A DNA stretch of 63,428 bases, counting the filler, from Anaerolineae bacterium (GTDB taxonomy: Bacteria > Chloroflexota > Anaerolineae > B4-G1 > DUEL01): assembly GCA_041082215.1 (NCBI GenBank). It is 7 parts of 7 records of this genome, joined end to end, with 100 filler letters (N's around TTAATTAATTAA, not from the genome) between each part and the next. Parts side by side here need not be neighbours in the genome. Positions count along the whole stretch, not along the records: positions 1 to 22,229 come from JBDOIF010000124.1; 6 more parts are not named here. One strand, given 5' to 3'. The notes under the pieces were generated by a model. It worked only from the letters and a program-made list of their open reading frames with translations. It was not told where the DNA came from and did no database searches. This document shows, piece after piece, positions 8,842 to 18,800 of the stretch (position 1 is its first letter; each line of letters begins with the position of its first letter). Both the position numbers and the translations under genes were made by a program.

Positions 8842-10908
8842 ATGGAACGCATCTTCTACCCCCGCAGCATCGTCGTCATCGGCGTCTCGGAGAGACCGGA
8901 TAACCTGGCCCGCAACATCCTTGCCAACCTCCGTGCCTTTGGCTACCAGGGCGACCTCTACGCGGTGGGTCGCCAGCGGGGCGAGGTGGAAGGAGTCCCC
9001 ATCGCCTCCTCCCTGGATGAGATTCCGGACGGCCTGGACCTGGCGGTGATCCTCACCCCGGCTGCCATCGTGCCAGACCTGGTGGAGAGCTGCGGCCGGA
9101 AAGGCATCCGCCGGGCGGTGATCGAGTCGGGCGGCTTCAGCGAGTACTCCGAGGAGGGCCGCCGCCTGGAAGAGCGGCTGCTGGAGACGGCCCGCCGGTG
9201 GGGGGTCCGTTTTGTCGGCCCCAACTGCATCAGCGTCGTCAACCTGGAGACAGGGGTCTGCCTCCCCTTCGCCCCCATCTCCCCCCAGACCCTTCGTCTT
9301 GGCCCCGCCTCTGTGATCTCCCAGAGCGGTGGCGTCTCCATCACCTATATGGATCGCCTGTCCTCGGCCGGGGTGGGGGTCAACAAGGCGGTCAGCATCG
9401 GCAACAAAAGCGACCTGGACGAGAACGACTATCTGGCCTATATGCTGGACGATCCGGGGACGGAGATCGTCCTGCTTTATCTGGAGTCCATTGGCAACGG
9501 GCAGAGGCTGGTGGACCTGGCCCGCTCCTCCCCCAAACCCATCATCATGCACAAAGCCAATCGGGGGCAGGCCAGCCAGCGGATCGCCCTTTCCCACACG
9601 GCGGCTCTGGCCGACGACGACCGGATCGTGAGCGCAGCCCTGCGGCAGGCGGGGATCCTGCGGGCGGAGGGCTTCCGGGACGCGGTGGCGCTGGCTCAGG
9701 GGATGGTCCTCCCGCCGGTGCGGGGAAACGACCTGGTGGTGGTCTCCCGTTCCGGGGGGCATGCGGTGATCGCCGCCGATGCGGCGGAGCGGCACGGATT
9801 CCGGCTTCCCCCTATCCCGGAGGAATTCGCCCGGCGGGTTCGTTCCCTTTTCCGTGCCGACGTCATTGCCCTCACCAATCCTCTCGATCTGGGGGTGATC
9901 TTCGACTTCGACCTCTACGCCCGAATCGTGGAGGAATGTCTCCAGGCCCTTTCGCCGGACGCCATCCTCCTGATCAACACCTACAGCTCCAGTGAAGCCG
10001 AGGGGGGGCGAAGGCTGGCCCGGCGGGTGGAGGAGATCGTCCGGGAGACGGGACGGCCCATTGCCCTCTGCGTCTACGCCCAGGGGGACGAGGCCCTGCG
10101 GGTTCAGCAGGAGGTCGGCCTGCCGGTCTTCGCCGAGATCGAGGACGCGGTGCGCGGGCTGGCCGGATCGCGGGACCGGGCCCGGCGGCTGGCCCGCTGC
10201 GCCGAAAGCAGGCCCCATCCGGTGGGCACGCCGCCAGCGGAGGCGGGGGTGTTGCTCAGGACGGACGGAGTGCTCACCGCCGACCGTGCGCTGGCCCTCT
10301 GCCGGGCCTACGGAATCCAGGCTGCACCGTGGGAGCTTGTCGCTACCCCTGAGGAGGCGGTGCGGGCCGCTGACCGGATGGGCTATCCGGTTGTCCTCAA
10401 GGCGCTCGCCGCCGGGATTGTCCATAAGTCGGACGTGGGGGGCGTGGCCCTCGGGCTTTCCGACGCGGCGACGGTGCGCCGTGCGGCGGAAGGGATGATG
10501 GAACGGCTGTCAGCGCAGGGGCAACTGGAGCTGATGGTCCAGCGGATGGTTCCGCCAGGGGTGGAGGTCATCCTGGGGGGAAAGCGGGATCCCAACTTCG
10601 GCCCCGTGGTGATGTTCGGCCTGGGCGGCGTGTATGTGGAAATCTTCGACGATGTGGCCTTTCGCGTGGCCCCCCTTAGCCGGGCCGACGCGGAGGAGAT
10701 GGTGGCGGAAGTGCGGGGAAGCCGGCTGCTGGAAGGGATGCGCGGCCGACCTCCGCTGGACCAGGGGGCGGTGGTCGAGGCGCTCCTGGCCCTCTCCCGG
10801 CTGCTGATGGAGAACCCCCGCATCGTCGAGGTGGACATCAACCCGCTGGTGGTGCTGGAGAAGGGGGCCGTGGCAGTGGACGGGCGGATGGTGGTCGGGG
10901 TCGCTTAG
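8842..10908 (+). CDS. Acetate/acyl-CoA ligase (ADP-forming), fused alpha-beta
   Basis: AGGAG RBS then MERIFYPRSIVVIGVS; GPNC, SQSGG and SHTAALA (phospho-His) motifs; ATP-grasp C-terminus with HKSDVGGV and DINPL. Confidence 0.9.
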   Translation: MERIFYPRSIVVIGVSERPDNLARNILANLRAFGYQGDLYAVGRQRGEVEGVPIASSLDEIPDGLDLAVILTPAAIVPDLVESCGRKGIRRAVIESGGFSEYSEEGRRLEERLLETARRWGVRFVGPNCISVVNLETGVCLPFAPISPQTLRLGPASVISQSGGVSITYMDRLSSAGVGVNKAVSIGNKSDLDENDYLAYMLDDPGTEIVLLYLESIGNGQRLVDLARSSPKPIIMHKANRGQASQRIALSHTAALADDDRIVSAALRQAGILRAEGFRDAVALAQGMVLPPVRGNDLVVVSRSGGHAVIAADAAERHGFRLPPIPEEFARRVRSLFRADVIALTNPLDLGVIFDFDLYARIVEECLQALSPDAILLINTYSSSEAEGGRRLARRVEEIVRETGRPIALCVYAQGDEALRVQQEVGLPVFAEIEDAVRGLAGSRDRARRLARCAESRPHPVGTPPAEAGVLLRTDGVLTADRALALCRAYGIQAAPWELVATPEEAVRAADRMGYPVVLKALAAGIVHKSDVGGVALGLSDAATVRRAAEGMMERLSAQGQLELMVQRMVPPGVEVILGGKRDPNFGPVVMFGLGGVYVEIFDDVAFRVAPLSRADAEEMVAEVRGSRLLEGMRGRPPLDQGAVVEALLALSRLLMENPRIVEVDINPLVVLEKGAVAVDGRMVVGVA

Positions 10909-12659
10909 AGGTTTCTCCCCAGCCCCCAGGGCAGGAAATAAAGCGCCAGTTGCAGCAGCGTATGGATGCCGGAGAAGAGGAAGAAGGCCACAAAGAAGGA
11001 CTTGTCCTTCTGCCCGCGCAGGAACCGGATGGTGACCAGCCCTGCCACCGCCGCCGTCGCCGCCGGCCCGATCCAGCGCAGGAACGGCCAGGGGATGTCC
11101 AACCGGGGGGGCAACAGAAAAGTCAGGCCGACTTCCAGCCCGAGCGTCGCCCCCAGGACGATGCGGGAGCGGGCCGTCTCCAGCCACTCCTCCCCCGTCG
11201 CCAGGTGATAGGCAACCAGCACCGCCATGGGGAGGACGGCCCACTGGATGAGCATCGGGACCAGGGCCAGGAGCGTCAGAGAGAGCCGGAACACGCCCCG
11301 GAAGAAGGGGTCTACAATATCCCACAGCGTGAGCGCGTTGTAGGTCCGCTTGACCTCCGGTGCGGTGCTGGCATAGACCACCCGGTACTGGCCGAACCCG
11401 CCCGGTTCCAGCCAGGCCAGGTGGAGGTATCGGCTGTCGTCTGCGGTCAGAGCTGGCTTTACGGAGGGGAGGTTGGAAGCGGTGACGATGTGCTCCGCTG
11501 GCCATTCCTGGAGAGCCGGCGTCTGGGGGTTCGCGGCTTCCCGGGTGGAGCGGAGGAGCACCGGACGGCCACCCGGCGCGGTCCCGGCCAGCCCCCAGAT
11601 CTCGTAGGCCGGTATCTGGGGGCCTGCCACAGCGGCGACGGCGATCTGCACCTCCTCTCCCCAGGCCGTTCCCACCGTCTCGCTCAAAGCGATCAACAGG
11701 GGCCGCCACTGGCCATCCAGCACCGTGATCCCGCTGGGGTCCCGCCCCTCCACCAGCGGCAGGTCCAGGGTCCGCTTCTGCCGGGGCAGGTCAAGGGGGA
11801 AGAAGGCATACCGCCCCCGGGAGGAAACCTCCCGGATGTCCAGGGCGGACCAGAGGACATAGCCCATCTCCGGGTCCAATCCGATGGCGGGGCCTTCGAG
11901 GCGTGTGCCGCTGCGGAGGAAGGCGCGGGTGATCTCCTCCGGCTCGTTCAGCAGCCCGGTCTCCGGGTCGAGGACGGCGTAGTAGATCGGGCGTGTGCTG
12001 CGGTCCACCCATCGCTGCCAGGCCAGGTGCAGCCGTCCCGCCTGGTCCGCCTGCACGGCTGGTGAGCGGCCATCGGGGATGAGGAGGGTCGGCCCTCTCA
12101 AGAGCTCCCCTTCCTGGCTCAGCATTGCCCAGTAGATACCGGTCCGGTCGGTCCACAGAGCGTGGAGCCTTCCCTGCGGATCGAGGGCCAGTCTGGGGGC
12201 CTGCTCGGCCCACCGGCTGGGGTCGGAAAGGAGGAGCGTGCGCTCGACCGTTCTGCCGTCCGTCCCCAGCAGGGCATAGCGGATGACGGCGCTGGATTCC
12301 GTCTTCTCCCGCCACAGGAGGTGCAGCCGACCGTCGGCGGCCACGCGGAGCTGGGGGTCGCCGATCGCCTCCTCCCCCACCGGCAGGATGGTTCTTTCGA
12401 CCACCTCGCCGTCCTGGCCGATGTGGGCCATCTCCAGCCTTTCCTCCAGATTGGGCCAGATGAGGAGCATGCCCCCGTCGGGGGCAGGCTGGATGGCGAC
12501 GGGGCGGCTCACGGGCGTCCTGCCGATCACCCGTCCCCGACTCCATTCCCGCGACGCCCGTGGAGTCATAGGGGAAGTGTAGGAGTAAGCCCAGGCGAGA
12601 AGGAGGACGAAGGCGGCCAGGGATGCCCCTGCGAGGACCTTTCGCAGACGTTTTCTCAT
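10905..12659 (-). CDS. Hypothetical membrane protein (N-terminal anchor, repeat-containing extracytoplasmic domain, C-terminal TM helices)
   Basis: Start MRKRLRKVLAG; repeated GRLHL(L/A)W motifs; hydrophobic C-terminus. Confidence 0.7.
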   Translation of the reverse strand: MRKRLRKVLAGASLAAFVLLLAWAYSYTSPMTPRASREWSRGRVIGRTPVSRPVAIQPAPDGGMLLIWPNLEERLEMAHIGQDGEVVERTILPVGEEAIGDPQLRVAADGRLHLLWREKTESSAVIRYALLGTDGRTVERTLLLSDPSRWAEQAPRLALDPQGRLHALWTDRTGIYWAMLSQEGELLRGPTLLIPDGRSPAVQADQAGRLHLAWQRWVDRSTRPIYYAVLDPETGLLNEPEEITRAFLRSGTRLEGPAIGLDPEMGYVLWSALDIREVSSRGRYAFFPLDLPRQKRTLDLPLVEGRDPSGITVLDGQWRPLLIALSETVGTAWGEEVQIAVAAVAGPQIPAYEIWGLAGTAPGGRPVLLRSTREAANPQTPALQEWPAEHIVTASNLPSVKPALTADDSRYLHLAWLEPGGFGQYRVVYASTAPEVKRTYNALTLWDIVDPFFRGVFRLSLTLLALVPMLIQWAVLPMAVLVAYHLATGEEWLETARSRIVLGATLGLEVGLTFLLPPRLDIPWPFLRWIGPAATAAVAGLVTIRFLRGQKDKSFFVAFFLFSGIHTLLQLALYFLPWGLGRNL

Positions 12660-12691
12660 CGTTGCCCTGCCGATCGGGCCGGAAGGAGGCC

Positions 12692-13663
12692 TTATTTCTC
12701 CATAATGGCCGCCAGCCTGCACAGCTCCAGACTGATCTCTTTCTGGAAGGCCACCGCTTCCTCCAGGGGGGTCAGGGCTAGCTGGCTGCCCACCCATCCG
12801 ACCATAACCCCTCCCTTGCCCTCGACCAGGGTCTGGGCCGCCGCCGCACCGAGCCGTGTCGCCAGCACGCGGTCGAAGGCGGAGGGCCTGCCGCCCCGCT
12901 GGAGGTGTCCCAGGACGGTCAGCCGGATCTCGAAGCCCAGTTCCTCCTGTCGCTCTTTCAGGTAGTCCACCACTGCCTGGGTGCCGGGTTTCCACCCCTC
13001 GGCAACGACGATGATGCAGTGGGCCTTCCCGCGCACGTAGGCATCCTCGATGGTACGGGCCACCTGCTCGAGCGGGGTTTCCACCTCCGGGATCAGCACC
13101 AGCTCCGCCCCTCCGGCCAGGCCGCTCACCAGCGCCAGGTAGCCGGAGTTGCGGCCCATCGTCTCGATCAGAAACGCCCGCTGATGGGAGGAGGCGGTGT
13201 CCTTGATGCGGTCAATGGCGTCCAGGATCGTGTTCAGCGCGGTGTCCACGCCGATGGCGATGTCGGTGCCGTTGACGTCGTTGTCAATGGTGGCAGGCAC
13301 GCCGACCACCGGGAAGCCCATCCGGTGGAGATGGAGCGCGCCGGTGAGGGAGCCATTGCCGCCGATGACCACCAGCCCGTCAATCTCCAGCCGGTTGAGC
13401 GTGCGGAGGGCCTCCCGTCGCCCCTTGTCGGTGTGGAACTCCGGACAGCGGGTAGTCCCCAGGAAGGTCCCCCCTCGCCCCAGGATTCCCCCCACGTCCC
13501 GTCGGCTCAAGGGGATAGCCTCTCCGGCGATGAGGCCGTTGAAACCCCGCCGGATGCCGATGACCTCCATGCCCAGGTAGATCCCCATCCGGGTGACGGC
13601 GCGGATACAGGGATTCAGACCCGGCCCGTCCCCCCCGCTGGTCAGCACGGCGATCCGCTTCAT
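12692..13663 (-). CDS. pfkA: ATP-dependent 6-phosphofructokinase
   Basis: MKRIAVLTSGGD, GGNGS, PATIDND, ETMGR and GHLQRGG motifs. Confidence 0.92.
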   Translation of the reverse strand: MKRIAVLTSGGDGPGLNPCIRAVTRMGIYLGMEVIGIRRGFNGLIAGEAIPLSRRDVGGILGRGGTFLGTTRCPEFHTDKGRREALRTLNRLEIDGLVVIGGNGSLTGALHLHRMGFPVVGVPATIDNDVNGTDIAIGVDTALNTILDAIDRIKDTASSHQRAFLIETMGRNSGYLALVSGLAGGAELVLIPEVETPLEQVARTIEDAYVRGKAHCIIVVAEGWKPGTQAVVDYLKERQEELGFEIRLTVLGHLQRGGRPSAFDRVLATRLGAAAAQTLVEGKGGVMVGWVGSQLALTPLEEAVAFQKEISLELCRLAAIMEK

Positions 13664-13688
13664 GGCCCCCTCCCTGACATGTGAAAAG

Positions 13689-13771
13689 CCACAGAGGCAC
13701 GGAGGAGACAGAGAAACACCGAGGGGCCTCAGAATTTTCTGTAAAACTCCGTGTCCTCCGTGTCTCCGTGG
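13689..13771. repeat. REP-like CCACAGAG...CTCCGTGG inverted-repeat element
   Basis: 25-bp imperfect arms. Related copies at about 14966-15010, 29343-29424 and 34089-34113 (half copy). Confidence 0.7.
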
Positions 13772-13779
13772 TGAGAAAA

Positions 13780-14937
13780 TCAGTAGAGAAACATGGGCTT
13801 TCCGTGAGCGTGCATTACCTTGGGCCGGTACTCCTCCACATCGTACAGCGCCCGCACATCCACCTGTTTGACCCCCAGGGTGGGCGAGGCGGCGTCCACG
13901 TCGGTGTAGCGGCCCTCCCGCAGCGCCACCATCCGGCCGAACTTCCTCTCCTGAATCAGGTCCATCGCCACATGGGCGTAGTTCACCGCCACCATAATGT
14001 CCAGCGAATCCGGCTCGCCGGAGCGCATCAGATAGGCCAGCTCCTGGCACATCGTCCGCTCGCCGGTGATCTGTTCCAGCCGCTTGGCGGTGACGGCGCC
14101 GATGCCGCCCAGCTTTTTGTGGCCGTAGGGATCGGCCACACCGGCCTGGATGACCTCCTTGCCGATCTCGCGCGCCCCTTCGGAGATGGTCATCATCGCA
14201 TATCGGCTGGGGTTGTTCCGCTTGTCCTCCACCAGCAGCCGGGCCAGCCTCTCGATGTCGAAGGGGACCTCGGAGATGATCGCCCGGTCCACCCCGGCCA
14301 GATAGGCGGCGACCAGGGAGGTCTCTCCGGAGTGGCGGCCGAACAGCTCCACCACGCAGATCCGCTCGTGGGAGCCAGCGGAGGAGCGGAGCTGGTGGAT
14401 AAAGCGGACGCTGCGGGTGACGGCGGTGGAAAAGCCGATGCAGTAGTCGGTGCCAAAGACATCGTTGTCCATCGTTTTGGGGATGCTGACGATGGGGAAG
14501 CCCTCTTTATGGATGCGGGTCGCGTACCCGAGGGTATCCTCTCCCCCGATAGGGATGAGCACATCCAGCTTCAGGTGCTCCAGCACCCGCAGGACGTGGG
14601 CGGTGAAATCCAGAAAGCCGCGCTCGTCCACCGGGAAGGAGTCCGGGTCGAGGAAAGCTGGCGCTTTCTCCAGCTGAACCCGGCTGGGGTTGGTGCGGGA
14701 GGTGTGGAGAAAGGTGCCGCCGGTGCGGTCAATGGTACGGACCAGAGGTTTGGTCAGGGGGATAACGTACTCCTCCTGTTCCGCCGGGTCGTCAGGGTTG
14801 TAATACAGAAGCCCGGCCCAACCGCGCCGGATGCCGATGGGCTCATGCCCCTCGTCAATGGCGCGATAGACCAGGGCCTTGATGCAGGGATTGAGGCCGG
14901 GGACATCCCCCCCGCCGGTTAAGATGCCGATACGCAT
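13780..14937 (-). CDS. 6-phosphofructokinase, likely PPi-dependent
   Basis: [13 protein letters not shown] and PKTMDND (Asp/Lys signature of PPi-dependent enzymes). Confidence 0.85.
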   Translation of the reverse strand: MRIGILTGGGDVPGLNPCIKALVYRAIDEGHEPIGIRRGWAGLLYYNPDDPAEQEEYVIPLTKPLVRTIDRTGGTFLHTSRTNPSRVQLEKAPAFLDPDSFPVDERGFLDFTAHVLRVLEHLKLDVLIPIGGEDTLGYATRIHKEGFPIVSIPKTMDNDVFGTDYCIGFSTAVTRSVRFIHQLRSSAGSHERICVVELFGRHSGETSLVAAYLAGVDRAIISEVPFDIERLARLLVEDKRNNPSRYAMMTISEGAREIGKEVIQAGVADPYGHKKLGGIGAVTAKRLEQITGERTMCQELAYLMRSGEPDSLDIMVAVNYAHVAMDLIQERKFGRMVALREGRYTDVDAASPTLGVKQVDVRALYDVEEYRPKVMHAHGKPMFLY

Positions 14938-14985
14938 GGGTTCTCCTCCTCAGTCGGATAGGTTCTCACCACGGAGCACAGAACT

Positions 14986-15831
14986 TCAGTCTTTGGGGTC
15001 TCCGCGGTGGCCTGCCGCGCTGTCCACAAGCAGGGATTCGCTTTCAGCATAAATACGCCTGGCGAAGGCGTTTTGTTCAATTTCCGCTGGCGTGTAAACC
15101 AGCAGGTCAAGGCCGATAGAAAGGGCGAAATAGGGATAGAAATGCTGGATGCGGGCGATCGGATCGGGCGGCACTTCCCCTTCAACAATGACCAGCACAT
15201 CCGCATCGCTCGTCCCTACATAGTCGCCGCGGGCAAGGGAGCCGAAGAGGCGGACATCCTGCACCTCCGGGCATGATACCCGCAGCCGATAGGCGGCTGC
15301 TCGCAGCCTCTCGACAACTTCATCCCGATCCAGAGAGAAGATTTTCACAGAATTGGATGACACGGACCCCAACCGGGCTATCCGTCCTCCCGTTGCCCGC
15401 AGCAGGTCCTGAGAGCTCAGGGCCACCATCACATCCGGCGCGCCACCGGAGCAGTAGAGGGTGGGGTGGTGGACCAGCGCGGCGTCAATCCAGGTAGGGA
15501 GGGGAGCAGGGTGGCCCACCGGCGGCACGGCTCCGGGCGGGAACCCCGTCTCCTCCTCCACCCGCTCGGGCGGGGCGATCATCACCCGGCGCGACCCCAG
15601 CAGTTCCCGCAGCCGCACGGGGTCGGCCCGTCGGTCCCCGCCCACCAGCACCAGCACCGGCTCTCCGTCGGCCAGGAAGAGCAGCGACTTGACCACCGCG
15701 CCGGGCTCCACCCCCAGCGATCGGGCGGCCTGATCGGCGCGGGCACCGCCAGCCTGGATCTGCCGGTAGGCCACGCCCAGGCGCTGCAGTGCTTCTTCCA
15801 CTTCTCGAACTCCCCGTGTTTTCCTTTCCAT
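14986..15831 (-). CDS. YbaK/aminoacyl-tRNA deacylase fused to a minimal nucleotidyltransferase domain
   Basis: VVKSLLF and TGFPPGAVPP (YbaK) followed by LFGSLARGD...SDADVL (MNT). The ATG overlaps the dnaE stop codon (TGATG). Confidence 0.8.
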   Translation of the reverse strand: MERKTRGVREVEEALQRLGVAYRQIQAGGARADQAARSLGVEPGAVVKSLLFLADGEPVLVLVGGDRRADPVRLRELLGSRRVMIAPPERVEEETGFPPGAVPPVGHPAPLPTWIDAALVHHPTLYCSGGAPDVMVALSSQDLLRATGGRIARLGSVSSNSVKIFSLDRDEVVERLRAAAYRLRVSCPEVQDVRLFGSLARGDYVGTSDADVLVIVEGEVPPDPIARIQHFYPYFALSIGLDLLVYTPAEIEQNAFARRIYAESESLLVDSAAGHRGDPKD

Positions 15832-18800
15832 CAGGCCAGGCGCTCCTCCCACACCCGCACCGCCTCCGGCCCCACCAGGTCAACCAGCTTCTCCCCCAGC
15901 TCCTGGCAGTAGCGGGTGGAGTGGTTGGGGAACTCCAGGAGCTGATCGCCGTTGGGACCGTTGGTCAGCAGGAAGGCGAAACGGTCCTCGCCCGGATAAG
16001 AGCTGAGGAGCTGGTGGACGGCGGACAGGAGCTGGAAGTCCCTCTCCATATCCCCGCTGCGCCGAATCGTGACCTGGACGACCCGCCGGATCGGGGAGGG
16101 GGAGGGAGGGGAAGGTGGGGAAGGTTGTGCCGCAGGCGGGCGGTTCCCTTCCCGTGGCCGCGTCACTTCCTGGGGGAGCTTGACCCATTCGCAGAGCAGG
16201 CTCGGCTGCTCTCCCCGAAAGTTCACCCGCCCGCAGACCACCACCACCCGATCCGGCAGCCATATCTCCTTGCTGCTCTCCCACACCCGGGGGAAGACCA
16301 CCACGTCGCAGGAGCCGTAGAGGTCCTCCAGGGTGACGAAGGCCATCTCTTTGCCGTCGCGGGTCGTGTGACGGCGTATGCGACGCACCTCCCCTACCAC
16401 CGTCACCGTCTGGTCGGGCTGCTCCTCCTGCAACTGACCGGCGTAGGCGGTGATGACGTCGCTCAGATCGCGGATGGCCCCCGCCAGGGGGTGGTCGGAG
16501 AGATAGGTGCCCGCCAGCTCCTTTTCCCACTCCAGGACCTCCCGGCGGGAGGCTTCTACTGCTGGAGGGAGGCCGACGAAGAGGCTCTCGTCGTCGTCCA
16601 GCCGGAAGCCGGTGGCCTCGCCGAAGAGGCTCATCTGCCCGATCTCCCGCGCCTGGTGGACGCGGGCGCTCAGGCCCATCATCCGGTCCAGTGCGGCCAG
16701 GAGTCGGGCACGGGGGCCGAACGGCCCCAGCGCCCCGACCTGGATCAGGCTCTCCAGCGCCCGCCGGTTGACCGTCCGGAGGTCCACCCGCCGGCAGAAG
16801 TCCTCCAGGTTGCGGAAGGGGCGGTCCCCCCTTGCCTCCAGGATCGCCTCCACCGGCCCATCCCCCACATTCTTCACCGCCCCCAGGCCGAAGCGGATAG
16901 CCGGTCCTTCGGGCCGATCCTCGATGGTGAAGGCCAGGTCGGAGCGGTTGACGTCGGGCGGGAGGACCTCGATCCCCATCCGGCGGCACTCGCTCACCAG
17001 CATTCCCACCTTCTCGGTGTTATTCCGCTCCACCGTCAGCAGGGCGGCCATATACTCCACCGGGTAGCGGGCCTTCAGGTAGGCGGTCTGGCAGGTGAGG
17101 ACGGCGTAGTCGGCGGCGTGGCTGTTGTGTACCAGAATGTCGTTGGCGACGAAGTTGTGGGTCCCCTCGATCTCCAGATCATAGGTCCGCTTCTCGCCGA
17201 CGTATTCGATCTGGACAACACGGTCCCAGTAGATGTCGCTCTCGGCGTAGCGACGAAGGGCCGGGTCATCGAAATAGGCTGCCAGGCGTGCGAGCGTCTG
17301 ACGGCAGAAGCCCTGTTTGCTGGCGTTCGACGAGGGGTGGAACTCACGGGGTGCAATCCCGCATGCCTCTCGAACCTTTTCCCAGGTGACTCCTGCTCGT
17401 TCCTTCGCCGCCCGTACTAACTCTTTGACCTCTAGGGGAACGACATCCTTCGTTTCATAGAAGACGGATTCTTCCAAGCACATTGCCTCGATGGCTGCCC
17501 GGTTCGTCTCTTTCACAAAGTGGATAGCAACAAGGCACGCAAAGGTAATAATGTTGTTGTTGCCGGTGATGAAGAGCTGGTAGCCGGTCCGATGATCACC
17601 TCTGTAGGGGAATTCTACCTCCCTCAGCCGGGCGATAATGCCCAGCCGTAGCAGGAGGTGCTGCATCTGACGGGCCATCCTCAGGGAAGAGGTGGCGTAG
17701 TATAGGCTGCGTCCCCTGGAGGAGATATGTCCGTCTCCTTCCCACATCCTGGCGATTAGCAGTGCAATCTGCCGGTTCGTCAATTCGAAGGCGGGAGGAG
17801 GGATCTCCTTCTCCGTGGCTCGCTTCCCCCAGATCCCCAGTCGCTTAGCCCATAGAACGATCCCCGGCGACTCCGTGCGGTCTACCCGCCGGGCATATAC
17901 AGAGTGGGTGCCTTTGTGGATGGACACAGTGCAGTGGGTGTTTGGGAACTGTTCGGCTGCGCGAACGTAATCCTCCGTCAGCTCCTCGTCCTTGCTATAG
18001 AAGTAGACCGAGTGGGGATGGCACAGGTTCCCCTCGGCCAGCAGGTGGGCTAGGGCGATCACCTCGTGGTCGGGCCACTCGACTCTCCCCTCTATCGGCA
18101 GCCGTCGGGGGACGGCGATCCGCTCTCCTTCCCGCAGTTCGGTCAGCGGTCGCCAGCCGTTGCAGGTGTAGAAGGGATGGTTAGCCGTCGCCTCGATGGT
18201 TCGCCCCAGCGCCGTCCTCAGCCGGTAGACTGGCTTGACGCCGTTATCCACCACCGCCTGGATCGAGCCATTGGCGAGCTGGAGTGTAGCGAGGTTACAG
18301 GTGAGGGTACGGGCCACAGCGGCGTCACCCCGGTAGAGGCTTTCCACGGTGACCAGACGACCAGTCGTTGCATCTACAATCTCCACATCGCCCGGCAAAC
18401 ACTTGTTGAACCCATAACGGGCGAAGTATTCGATGTCCCCAAAGATCGCCTCCGCTGTCTCGCGGGGGATGCCGTTTTCCATCGCTCCCTGGACGAACTT
18501 TTCCCGGTGGCGGAGGAGCTCCTTTTCTTTCTTTTTCGCCACCCCCCGCCGCAGGAGGTCCGCCTCGCTGGCCGTGTACCCCGCCAGGTCGGTGGCGATG
18601 CGGATGATCTGCTCCTGGAAGACGATGATGCCATAGGTCTCATCCAGGATGGGGGCCAGGGCGGGGTGACGGTGCTCCACCTTTTCCAGGCCGTGCATCC
18701 GGCGGATGTAGTCGGGGATATGTTCCATCGGGCCGGGCCGATAGAGAGCCAGGACGGCGACGATGTGCTCGTAGCGGGAGGGGCGCATTTCCTGCAACAC

